A DNA stretch of 63,005 nucleotides, counting the filler, from Chrysochromulina tobinii (lineage: Eukaryota), in the NCBI GenBank assembly GCA_001275005.1. It is 3 parts of 3 records of this genome, joined end to end, with 100 filler letters (N's around TTAATTAATTAA, not from the genome) between each part and the next. Parts side by side here need not be neighbours in the genome. Positions count along the whole stretch, not along the records: positions 28,155 to 59,129 come from JWZX01001418.1; 2 more parts are not named here. One strand, written 5' to 3'. The stretch's first letter is position 1. Every line of letters starts with the position of its first letter. The notes below the pieces were generated by a model that searched no databases, was not told the origin of the DNA, and saw only the letters and a program-made list of their open reading frames with translations. Of the stretch, positions 34,436 to 44,372 are shown in pieces. The position numbers and the translations under genes were made by a program.

Positions 34436-37231
34436 TTACACCAATCGTGCCATCAGCCAAAACTGGACGGGCGTGCGACAGTACGGGCAAATCTTCATGT
34501 TGGTCGTGCAGCGCTCGCACGCGAGCTGATGGCCGCACGGCACCGCAAGGTGCGACTTGGGCCCCACCATGCACACGATGCACGTGGTCTGCCCACCGAT
34601 GGTCGATTCGGGTGCCTCGTCGTGCACACGGCCGGTGAAGTTGCCCACGTCGGCGAGCGTCAGAGGCCTCTCCGCTGGCATACAACCTTCAGCCGGTGCT
34701 GGGGCCGATGGTGGCGCAGGGGCAGGGGGCGAGGAATGGGCGATCATCGGAACGCGCCCTTCACGCCCCGCTTGCCGGCCGCGGCCAGCGCTCTCTGCCG
34801 TCGCCCTCTCCACCTCCGCCCACTCCACATCCGCCGCCTCCACCCTCTCCGCCTCCGCCCTCTCTGCCTCCGCTGCTTGCCTGATCGCCTCAGCCTCCTT
34901 GGCCTCCGCCTGAGCCCTGGCTGCCCGCGTGGCCTCCGCCTTGGCGGCCTTGAGCGCTGCTACCGGTACCGCCGCTTCCTTGGCCTCCTTTGACGTCTGC
35001 ACAGCCGCCGCGGCTGCGGCCGCCGCGGCCATCTCCGCCTCCGCCGCCTCCGCTACGGCCGCCTCTGCCGCAGCGATCGCCTCCACGCCCTCCTCAGCCT
35101 CAACGGCCTCCGATGCTGACGCCGCTTCTGCGGATGCTGAGCCTGCGTTCGTTGTCTGCGCCCCCTGGCCGCAAATTTCGCACTCGGTGAGCGCGCCGTT
35201 GTTGAGAAAGGTGCACCGGCGGCATTCCCACTTGTGTGTGAATCGCCGGTGTGGATCGCCGGTGGCGGGGCCCTGACTCACCTGGGACGTGCCCGCGCCG
35301 CTCGACCTGTGCAGGGCCATCGGAACACTGCGCAGCGTGTGCGCAGATGGTGGCAGTTGCGCAAGGATGGCCGGCGGCGGCTGTGTGACCTCGAGCAATG
35401 ACAGCTTCGACAGGCTGGCTTGCATCTCCATCTCCGCCGCGTGCTTGCCACGCAGCTTCTGGCTCTCCTGCTTGCGCATCGTGTGCAAGCGCTCGCACAT
35501 CGCCCTTGCCTCCGCCAACACACCCTCGCTCGCTAGCGCGTGGTGCTCCTCGATCGCACCGACCAGGCCCTCGTACTGCGCGGCCGCCATGGCCACACGT
35601 AGCGCCTCGTCGGCGGCGGCAGAAGGAGCGGGACCCACGCCGTCCTCGTCGCCAGCCGCCGCCAAAACCTCGTTGTCCGCCTCGGCGCGGACACTCGCGG
35701 CCGCTGACGCGTTCGCTACCGGCACTCTCGCCTCGCCCGCCCCTGCCTGCTTGGCTCTGGCTTTCTTGCTCGCTTTCTTCTTCTGCGCCTGCTGCTTGTG
35801 CGCCGCCTCCGCCTCCTCCTCAGCCAGCAGAGCCGCAGCGGCAAGCTCGGCTGCCCGCTCGGCTGCCGCACGCTCCGCAATCGACACCGGAGCGACCGCA
35901 GCAGGTGCGCGGCGCCTGCTGCGAAGGAATCTTGCCAAGGCGGTGTGGCCCTTTGACTCTGCAACATCGAGGAGTGTGCCCCCTTTGGTTCGCACGTCGG
36001 TGCGTGCGCCAGCATGCACGAGCAGCTTGACAATGTCGATCGAGCCCGCGAGACAAGCGGCGTACAGAGGCGTGATACCGTCGATGCTTTGCTGATCGAC
36101 GGCGGCGTGGGCGGTGAGCAGCAGCCGCACGCAGTCGCTGTGGCCTTCGATGCAGGCGGCGAACAGAGCCGTGATGTTGTCGTTGGATCCGTGGTCGACG
36201 GCGGCGTTGGCGGCGAGCAGCTGCCGCACGCAGTCACTGTCGCCTCTGGTGCAGGCGGCGATCAGAGGCGTTTGGCTGGTGTTGGCTGCGTGGTCGACGG
36301 CGGCGTGGGCCGCGAGCAGCAGCTGCACGCAGCCGCCGTCGCCTTTGTTGCAGGCGGCGATCAGAGGCGTGGCGCCGTTGCTGCCTGCGTGGTCGACGGC
36401 GGCGTGGGCGGCGAGCATCAGCCGCACGCAGTCACCGTGGCCTTCGATGCAGGCGGCGTACAGAGGCGTGGCGCCGTCGCTGTCTGGATGGTCGACGGCA
36501 GCGTGTGCGGCGAGCAGCTGCTGCACGCAGTCGACGTGGCCCTTGTAGCAGGCGGCGTGCAGAGGTGTGCGGCCGTCGCTGGCTACCGGGCTGACGACGG
36601 CGTGGGCGGCGAGCAGCAGCTGCACGCAGCCGCCGTCGCCTTTGCAGCAGGCGGCGTGCAGAGGCGTTGCGCCGTTGCAGGCTGCGTGGTTGATGGCGGC
36701 GAGGGCCGCGAGCAGCAGCTGCGCGCTGTCGCCGTGGCCTGTGCCGCAGGCGGCGATCAGAGGCGTGAAGCCGTCGCTGCCTGCCTGGTCAACGACGGCG
36801 TGGGCGGCGAGCAGCAGCTGCACGCAGTTCAAGTTGCCCTTGTTGCAGGCGGCGTGCAGAGGCGTGGTACCCTTGCTGTCTCCCTTGTCGATGGAGGCGT
36901 GGGCGGCGATCAGCAGCCGCGCGCAGCCGCCGTGGCCTTCGATGCAGGCGCAGAAGAGAGGCGAGTAGCCGTAGCTGTCTGCCTCGTCGACGGCGGCGTG
37001 GGCGGCGAGAAGCAGCTGCACGCAGTCGTCGTCGCCTTTGTAGCACGCGGCGTGCAGAGGCGCGGCGCCGTGGCCGCTTGCCTTGTCGACGGCGGCGTGG
37101 GCGGCGAGCAGCTCAATCCTGCACTCAGGGTGCTCGCTGTCGATGAGGACCACAGACTTGTCGCCGCGACGGAACGCTTCGACGATCGCGGCGTCGGCCG
37201 CAACAAAGCTGCAACCACTCGACGCGGCCAT
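34436..37231 (-). CDS. Ankyrin-repeat protein with a RanBP2-type zinc finger and C-terminal RING (putative E3 ligase)
   Basis: About 12 TPLxAACxxG ankyrin repeats, WECRRCTFLNNGALTECEICG and CIVCMVGPKSHLAVPCGHQLACERC..CPYCR. Confidence 0.92.
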   Translation of the reverse strand: MAASSGCSFVAADAAIVEAFRRGDKSVVLIDSEHPECRIELLAAHAAVDKASGHGAAPLHAACYKGDDDCVQLLLAAHAAVDEADSYGYSPLFCACIEGHGGCARLLIAAHASIDKGDSKGTTPLHAACNKGNLNCVQLLLAAHAVVDQAGSDGFTPLIAACGTGHGDSAQLLLAALAAINHAACNGATPLHAACCKGDGGCVQLLLAAHAVVSPVASDGRTPLHAACYKGHVDCVQQLLAAHAAVDHPDSDGATPLYAACIEGHGDCVRLMLAAHAAVDHAGSNGATPLIAACNKGDGGCVQLLLAAHAAVDHAANTSQTPLIAACTRGDSDCVRQLLAANAAVDHGSNDNITALFAACIEGHSDCVRLLLTAHAAVDQQSIDGITPLYAACLAGSIDIVKLLVHAGARTDVRTKGGTLLDVAESKGHTALARFLRSRRRAPAAVAPVSIAERAAAERAAELAAAALLAEEEAEAAHKQQAQKKKASKKARAKQAGAGEARVPVANASAAASVRAEADNEVLAAAGDEDGVGPAPSAAADEALRVAMAAAQYEGLVGAIEEHHALASEGVLAEARAMCERLHTMRKQESQKLRGKHAAEMEMQASLSKLSLLEVTQPPPAILAQLPPSAHTLRSVPMALHRSSGAGTSQVSQGPATGDPHRRFTHKWECRRCTFLNNGALTECEICGQGAQTTNAGSASAEAASASEAVEAEEGVEAIAAAEAAVAEAAEAEMAAAAAAAAAVQTSKEAKEAAVPVAALKAAKAEATRAARAQAEAKEAEAIRQAAEAERAEAERVEAADVEWAEVERATAESAGRGRQAGREGRVPMIAHSSPPAPAPPSAPAPAEGCMPAERPLTLADVGNFTGRVHDEAPESTIGGQTTCIVCMVGPKSHLAVPCGHQLACERCTTNMKICPYCRTPVQFWLMARLV

Positions 37232-37553
37232 GGCTTCCGATTACCCCCCGTGAATTCACAAGTACATTTAGTCAGTTTCGTCGCGGTCCACCCGCCCTCA
37301 CCACAAAGTCTCAAAGGACGGTCAGGGTCAGTAACAATTAATTCACATACCGTACGCACCGCCTCGGCCACATCCACACGAAACACTGCCACGCAGCGGT
37401 CGAGTCGCAAGGTGCTGGACTAGCACGGACCTTGACCCCACAAAATTCGCCCCCGCACAGAGAGTGAGAGAACCGTACGACTCTTGGTCAACTTCCCGCC
37501 ACTTCAGCTGATCAGGGGCGCCGTTGGTGAGCACTTGCATGCTACCTGCCTCT

Positions 37554-38282
37554 TCAGCTGATCTGGAGCGGCTCATCGACGGTGGACGCCTTGGCAGGCG
37601 CATTGGCGGGCGGAAGTGCACCGGCCGCTGCCGCCTGATCGAGGAGTGCGGTCAACTCGGCCTGCGAGAAGCGATTCGGCTTCGCGAGCTCCGCCTCGTA
37701 CTCGATCAGCTGGAACGTGAACCGGTCGCAGGGCCAGACGGCGTCCCATTTGGGCTTCATCACGTGCGCCGCCTCGAGGAGCGTCAGGTTACGGGTGCGC
37801 ATGATGTGGGAGAGGACGAAGGCGGGGGAGCGCGAGAGCGAGGCCATGCAGTGGATGAGGACGTGTCCACCCGATGCAAGCACCGCTTCGATCGCCACGG
37901 ATACCGGTGTGAAGTCTTTCTTTGCATCACCCGCGCAGCGGAGCTTGAGCGGCACCGACTTGTCCGCGACCGTGCTCGTCGACGGTTTGCCTTGGTCGAA
38001 GTATTTGCGCTCGTTCGGATCGTCCTCCAAATCGACCTCCATGACAATCACGTCCGGCCCGTAGAAGCCAGTGCGGCATGCGCACTGGGACAAAGCGGAG
38101 TTCACCACCATCTTGATGGGTGCACCTTTCGTTGCGGCGAAGAGCTTCTCCTGCGTGTCGATGTCGTGATAGTGCGCCGTCCACACGCCGGGCACGACCT
38201 CCACTGGAGGGCAGCCGTGGTCGTGTCCCGGGCGTTGCCAGCCAGTGTACTCCCGGAATGCCTCAAAAGTTGTGGGAGCCAT
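37554..38282 (-). CDS. Dual-specificity protein phosphatase
   Basis: GHVLIHCMASLSRSPAFVLSHIM (HCx5R) followed by VWPCDRFTFQLIEYE. Confidence 0.88.
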   Translation of the reverse strand: MAPTTFEAFREYTGWQRPGHDHGCPPVEVVPGVWTAHYHDIDTQEKLFAATKGAPIKMVVNSALSQCACRTGFYGPDVIVMEVDLEDDPNERKYFDQGKPSTSTVADKSVPLKLRCAGDAKKDFTPVSVAIEAVLASGGHVLIHCMASLSRSPAFVLSHIMRTRNLTLLEAAHVMKPKWDAVWPCDRFTFQLIEYEAELAKPNRFSQAELTALLDQAAAAGALPPANAPAKASTVDEPLQIS

Positions 38283-38515
38283 GACAAACACGGGACGTGC
38301 GTATGAATACCAAAATTGGGGGAAAATTCCGAAATGGGAAATTTTTGTTAAATAGGGCAGGCACCCACTGCACACCCCAACCCACTCTCCTATTGCGCTC
38401 TGCCTCCGCCGCTGCCCCTGCTCACCGCGACGCGATGGTCCCGGGCGCAGCGTCGAGGCTGCCATCGAGGGCCAGCCGCCACGTTCGTAAACGTATTTGT
38501 CGTCGCAAGGCCGTC

Positions 38516-39073
38516 TCACTCATTCTCAAACTCGTTCCTTAGATCCCCAATGGTGTCCTTCAGTTTGTCCAGCTTCGTTGCCAGGTCTCTGTATATGCAT
38601 CGGTAACAGGATTTGTCCAGCTTTTCTGCCCGTGTTTCGAGAAAGCCCTCGAAATCAGTCGCTGCATCTATTAGGCTCTTCCGGAGAATAGCCGCGAGGC
38701 ATTTCACCTCTTCTGGCAAAATCTCGCCGTTCTTCAGTGCTGTGCACTTGTCGAACGCATCCTGCAGGTCGACCCGGACGTTGTGAGGGAGAGGCTTGCC
38801 CTCGCTCCACTTTTGGCGGGACTCGATCCACCTAGTTATGGCTTTCCCCTTGGTGATGTTCAGAGATTTGGACATCAGCCTCAAGTTGAAGCAATTATAC
38901 TCGTCGCCGTCGCAGTTCTGGATCTCCTTGATGGGCCTCAGCGCGTTCTGCACGACGACGGCACTGTTCCCGTCGATATGCTTGCATCTTGAGGAGTCGT
39001 CCATATATTGAGCTGTTTCAACACATCGTGAAACTCTTGTGTCTGAAGGATCGCGTGCCCCACTAGCTAGCAC
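38516..39073 (-). CDS. Hypothetical protein in a lower-GC patch; start uncertain
   Basis: 185 aa ORF with protein-like composition and no recognised motif. Confidence 0.35.
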   Translation of the reverse strand: MLASGARDPSDTRVSRCVETAQYMDDSSRCKHIDGNSAVVVQNALRPIKEIQNCDGDEYNCFNLRLMSKSLNITKGKAITRWIESRQKWSEGKPLPHNVRVDLQDAFDKCTALKNGEILPEEVKCLAAILRKSLIDAATDFEGFLETRAEKLDKSCYRCIYRDLATKLDKLKDTIGDLRNEFENE

Positions 39074-39352
39074 TCGATGAAGTCGACTTCAGGGACGTAC
39101 ACGTGCCCCTTGGCGTTCGCGACAGCGGGCTTCAGGTTGTTTCCACTGCCGGTGTCGTCGCATCCGATGCCGGTACATGTATCCACATTCGGGACGCGAA
39201 GAACAATCACAAATCCTCAAATTTCCCGATTTTGGAAACTAGATCTCAAGTCAAGGCAAGTCAAGTCAGATCTCGCCAGTCCTGCAGCTCCGTCCAAAAT
39301 CTTTTATTGTCACCGTTATGCATGGGTTTGCTGGATGAGCCGGCAACGGCAC

Positions 39353-41488
39353 TCAGCCGTCTCGTCCATTTTTGGGAGGCTCAAGCTGCCGAAACCACTC
39401 AAAAGTGGCCGAGGTGCCGCGCCGCACCTCGAGCTCGTACTGCTTCTGTCGACGGCGGCGCTCCTGATGAGCCTCGCCATCAGGGCGGCCCGAGTTGTGA
39501 ATCGCGTCCAGGAATGCAGATGCGGCGCGGCTGTGCTCGTCAAAGCGGCCCTCGACGGCGAGATACGATCCTCCGGTGGCCGCAGCGAGGGCCGCGTACC
39601 TGTGATGAGGGGTGCAATCAGAGGTCATTAGTGGCCATTAGAGATACGATCCTCCGGTGGCCGCAGCGAGGGCCGCGTACCTGTGATGAGGGGTGCAATC
39701 AGAGGTCATTAGTAGCCATTAGAGATACGATCCTCCGGTGGCCGCAGCGAGGGCCGCGTACCTGTGATGAGGGGTGCAATCAGAGGTCATTAGTAGCCAT
39801 TAGAGATACGATCCTCCGGTGGCCGCAGCGAGGGCCGCGTACCGCTCGCGCTGCGAGACCTATGTGGGGAGAGGCGCAGGTGGTGAGCGGTTGCATGCAG
39901 AGGGCCGCGTGGCGCTCGCGTGGCTCGACCTAGGGCCATCAGAGGGCCATTAGAGGGCCATTAGGGGGTACTCAGAGGGTCCTCATGGGGACATCAGAGG
40001 GCCATCAGGGGTCTGCGCACTTGGCCGAGGACGACAACGTGCCACTCGACATCATACCCAGCGGCGTGCAGGTCGTTCATCAGAGGATCCATCCCACGCA
40101 ACCCAGCGTACTGTGCAGGCGAGAGGGTATCGTGTCCGTCGGTGATGACGATGCAATCAAGTCGCACTCAAGTCGCATTCAAGTCGCAATCAGTACTTGT
40201 GCAGGCGAGAGGGTATCGTGTCCGTCGGTGATGACGATGAGACGGAGCTTGCCGCCCGCTGGCCGGTAGCGGCCAAGCACGTCCTGCTGAATCATGTGCC
40301 ATAGGTACGTGCCACCTGATGAGCCATCCCATCCGAGCGAGATGAGTTCCGTCATCATCGGAGGTGACTCCTCTCTCGGAGCGAGAACCTGATGAGGGAT
40401 GCAATCAGAGGCCATTAGAGCGCCATCGGGTGCGCCTCGAAGAGAAATTTACCGATGAGGGATGCAATCAGAGGCCATTAGAGCGCCATCGGATGCGCCT
40501 CGAAGAGAAATTTACCGATGAGGGATGCAATCAGAGGTCATTAGAGCGCCATCGGGTGCGCCTCGAAGAGAAATGTACCGTAGGCGCGGCGCCAAACTTG
40601 AGTACGGTATGCAATCAGATGCAATCAGAGGTCATGCAATCAGAGGTCATTAGAGCAATGTACCGTAGGCGTGGCGCCAAATTTGAGTACGCGCGTAGGG
40701 CCGCGCAGCAACGGTCCCATCGTAGAGAGCACGCGCTTGCCTTCGTCGAGCAGCGTGCTGCCCCAGCTGCCGCCCCATCCACTGCCACCGCCGTCGCCGT
40801 CGCCGCCGCTGCCGCTGCCGCTGCCGCTGCCGCTGCCGCTGCTGCTGATGCTGATGCTGCCGCGCATGGAGCCGGAGTCGTCGAGGTAGAGGACCGTCTC
40901 GATGCCGCACACGTCCACCGGCGACGCCACCGCATCGAGCACCGATGGTACCGACTGGAGCAAATGGCCGGCGAGCATGAAGCCCGGGTGGCGAGCCTTG
41001 GCGAGAGCGCTGCCGGCGACCGGCGCGACGGTCTTGGCGACGCCCCACGCTGCGCGTGCAAACGCTCCGACCACGCTCGCACCGCCGCCGCTCGGCAGTT
41101 GGGCGGGAGGCATGGCGTCGTCGGATGGCGAGGTGAGGACGATGGCCGAGGCGTCGCGCTGGGCATTCCACAGCTCCTCAGTGTAGCCGAGGCCGTGCTG
41201 CGCGGCACCCCGCTGCGAGGCCGTCAGCTCATCCCAATTCTGCAATGTCGACATCGGCGCGTGGCGCGAGCCATCCCAGCTCTCGGCCGACCAGCCGAGC
41301 GCTGACCAAGCTGCGCGCTCGTCGGTTGGCAGAGCGCCCCAGGATGTGCGCCGGCTGACTTCGAGGTGTGGATGACGTACGAGGCTGGAGAGCGTTTGGC
41401 GGTGGGCGTATAAATAATTGTGACGAGGAAGGCGATGCCCGAGCCGTGGGCGTGCGAGAAGGCCGAGGCGTGCGAGCAAAGCGGCCAT
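39353..41488 (-). CDS. von Willebrand factor A (VWA) domain protein, 5 exons
   Basis: Exons 41488-40664, 40388-40197, 40110-40021, 39859-39843 and 39599-39353 join in frame. They give the MIDAS motifs LYLDDSGSM..GGTYL..LIVITDG..HVVVLG..YAALAAATGGSY. Confidence 0.85.
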
Positions 41489-41657
41489 TTCACGGCGTCC
41501 CTCGGAAAAACTGTTCCTTGGTTTCTTACCGGTATTTTGGGAATGTGTTCTTCGCCCACCTGTTTACGACGGTGGGGGTATTTGCAGTTTTTTGTCTTCG
41601 TGTTCCGATTACCGGGTAGAAGTGAGTCCGGAGAGGCCGCTGCCCAACGCAGCACCG

Positions 41658-42889
41658 ATGGCGGACATCCGACGCGAGCGATCGGTGCGTGAGCCTCAGG
41701 AGACCCAATTCGTCGGGCTGACAGGCGCCATACTCCGCGCGGTCGAGATCTGCGGCGCAGTCCTTGTGCGAGCTTGGGACGCAATCCTGCGCCTCGGGAC
41801 CAAGTTTCCGTCAGCAATGTGGGCTGGAACTGATGCAATCCTGCGCTTCGGGTTCGAGTTCGAGGTCGGCTTTATCGCGCTGTTCGCGCTCGTGATCTTC
41901 ATCGGATCTCGCTACGAGACGGTTTTTCTCCTCTTCAAATCGAAGCCTGGAGAGGCGATCGAGTGGGAGCTCGTCCTGTGCGTCACGCTGCTCATCGTCT
42001 TCATCGGCCTTCCGCTGCTGCCGCTGGAGACGCACATACGTGAGCAGAAGTTGCCCGCATATCTCCTGTACGCGATGGTGCTCGTCCTCATCTTCTCGTT
42101 CATCATCTTCGACACGTCCGTGGGCCTCGTCGATCTGCTCGACGACGGCAACTTCACCAAGTACGACATCGAAGAGCGCAAGGAGAACTTGCTCGTAAGC
42201 GTCCTCAATATCGTCCTCATCATGAGCATCGCCCAGATCTTCTACCTTCGCACCCGCCTCCAGTGCGTCACAGCGCCCGTCACAGCGCCCTCTCTTCAAC
42301 CCAGCCACACCCACAGCATGGGGGCACCTCTAGTCCCTGCCTTCTCAGCACTGCCTCTAGACCCTACCCTCTCAGCACCGCCTCCGCACCCACACTTCCC
42401 ACGAAGCCCCTTCCCCCCACCACACGTGGCAGGATCACTCCTCAGATGGACCTTGCCATAGAACAGGCCTTCGGCCTCAAACGCATCGAGGAGCTCCACG
42501 CGAGGTGGTCCGGCAAATCGAGTAGCATCGAGGAGAAAGAGGTGCTCATCGAACGTGAGGCGTCCAGCCGTCGGCTCGGCTTCGGTCTGGACCAGACGAG
42601 CAACTCGCTCGACCACAACCCAAATATGGTCGTCGAGGTGGACCCCACAGGACCGGCCGCCTCCGAGCTGCAGGCGGGTGACATCATCATCGCTGTCGAC
42701 GGCGAACTGCTCAACGGCCGCAAGTTCATCGAGCACTCGTCCATCAAACCCGTCCAGTTTTCCATCCCGAACCCTTCCATTCGGCTGCAAATCAAGCGGC
42801 TGCGTGCGGCAAGCGGGCCTGCCTCAGGCACGACTCCTCAGGCACCAAGCGTCAGGCGATCTCAGAGCCCGAAGGTGAAGCGGCTATGA
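41658..42889 (+). CDS. Four-TM membrane protein with a C-terminal PDZ domain, 1 intron (42263-42432)
   Basis: Four hydrophobic helices, then RRLGFGL..VVEVDPTGPAASELQAGDIIIAVDG. Confidence 0.75.
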
Positions 42890-43268
42890 TCACCCATGTG
42901 TGGGAGAATCGGCATGAGCCCGCGTGTGGGAACATGGGGGCAGAGCCACAGAGGGCAGCCAACTTGCTGATTCGCCGTTCGAGTTTGCGCGCATGGTGCT
43001 TGCACGGAGCAGCGTTGGCGGCCTTGAAGCGGCCTTATGGCGTTTGAAGGAGTTGCAGTTGCGATGTGGGCTCGCGGCTGGAGGCCTGGCATAAGGCCAC
43101 TCTGAAACCTGTCTCTTTTACGACGAATTCGATCTGTTCCAAAAACTGTTGACGTCCCCGCCCTTAATTTGTTTGTTCCGAGTTGCGTCGGTGTCAGCGG
43201 TGCGAGTTAGTGTGCCGCAATTCACATGAACAATCTCCCCCGCGTGTGACAATCGTGAGACGCGCTTC

Positions 43269-44265
43269 ATGAAGGCCACCTCGTGCCTCGTGCTTCTCCT
43301 TCATTGTGCGGCTGCTGCGGCGCTGGCCAGCACATCGGTCTTGGCAAAGGCTCTGTCGAAGCCCCGACCTGTGATCGTGCACGTGTACGATGCGCGCCCT
43401 TCCGAGCTCCTGCCGTATGCCATCGAGGACGTTTCGATGGCCTGCCGAGAGTCGGGCGCGACCGCCGTGCTGGTCGGGCCGGAGCTCGTGGAGTGCTTTG
43501 CAAAGGAGCAGGAGTCCGCGCGCGGCAATTTCCCCGGGCCCCTACCGGTGATTGTCGACACCGCTCTCCGAGACATGGGCACCTCTCCCGAGGAGCTCTG
43601 CGAGGGTGCCAAGACCCTCGGTGCGTCCGCCATCGGCCTCCGGTACTACACGGGCGACTACCCGGACGCGACTGAGCTGGAGGCGGCGCTCCAGAGGGCC
43701 GTCGCCGCCGCCGAGGCGTCCAGCCTCACCACCATCCTGCTCGGAGAGTTTGGGGCCGATGGCGACGAGGGCGTGGCGGGTGCATCTGCGATGGCCTCGA
43801 GTGTCGGCGCGGCAGCGGCGCTGACTAAAGGGAACGAGCAGGGCGGCGCGCCGGCGTTCGGCTGCTGGCGCGGGAGCGAGGACGAGCTGCAGCGCCTACG
43901 TGCCTGCGGCGTGGACGGCCTCATCATCAAGAATGCGTGCCGCGGCGATGTGGGGCGTGGAGCTCACCTGAAGCTCCCCTCACCCGCAGCTGTCCTGGTG
44001 ACGAAACAGGTGATTGCGATTGATGACGATGGACGTTCGCGATGGATGAGTGAGTGTGATTGAGGAATGTGTCTGATCACGGCTGAGTCTGACTGAAGGC
44101 ACGCCCCTGTGGCGCGCTTCACACCTGGCTTCACAGGTCAAGGCAGCCCTTAGCAAGGGTAGCAAGAGTGTCTGGGCAGGCGCGGGTGGCGTCGGCTTGG
44201 CGAGCGACGGCGGTGATGTGACGCGCCGAGCCGATGACTATTTCAATAAGCGTGGACCGAAGTAA
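43269..44265 (+). CDS. Signal-peptide-bearing TIM-barrel protein, indole-3-glycerol-phosphate-synthase-like, 1 intron (44010-44136)
   Basis: Alternating beta/alpha pattern (CRESGATAVLV, EQESARGNFPGPLPVI, AKTLGASAIGL, RACGVDGLII). The second exon ends at TAA 44265. Confidence 0.55.
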
Positions 44266-44372
44266 AACGCGTAGCGCGCCTATTTACGTTGTGGGGGACT
44301 TAGTGGACGAGAACCGCCCAACGACACCGTTAAGAATATAAGATATATTAAGACACCAATCTTCCAAACCTG

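Noticed and set aside
39559..39843. CRISPR-like repeat/spacer pattern
   Set aside because: The units are whole tandem copies, so the would-be spacers are identical; the region lies inside a VWA gene intron.
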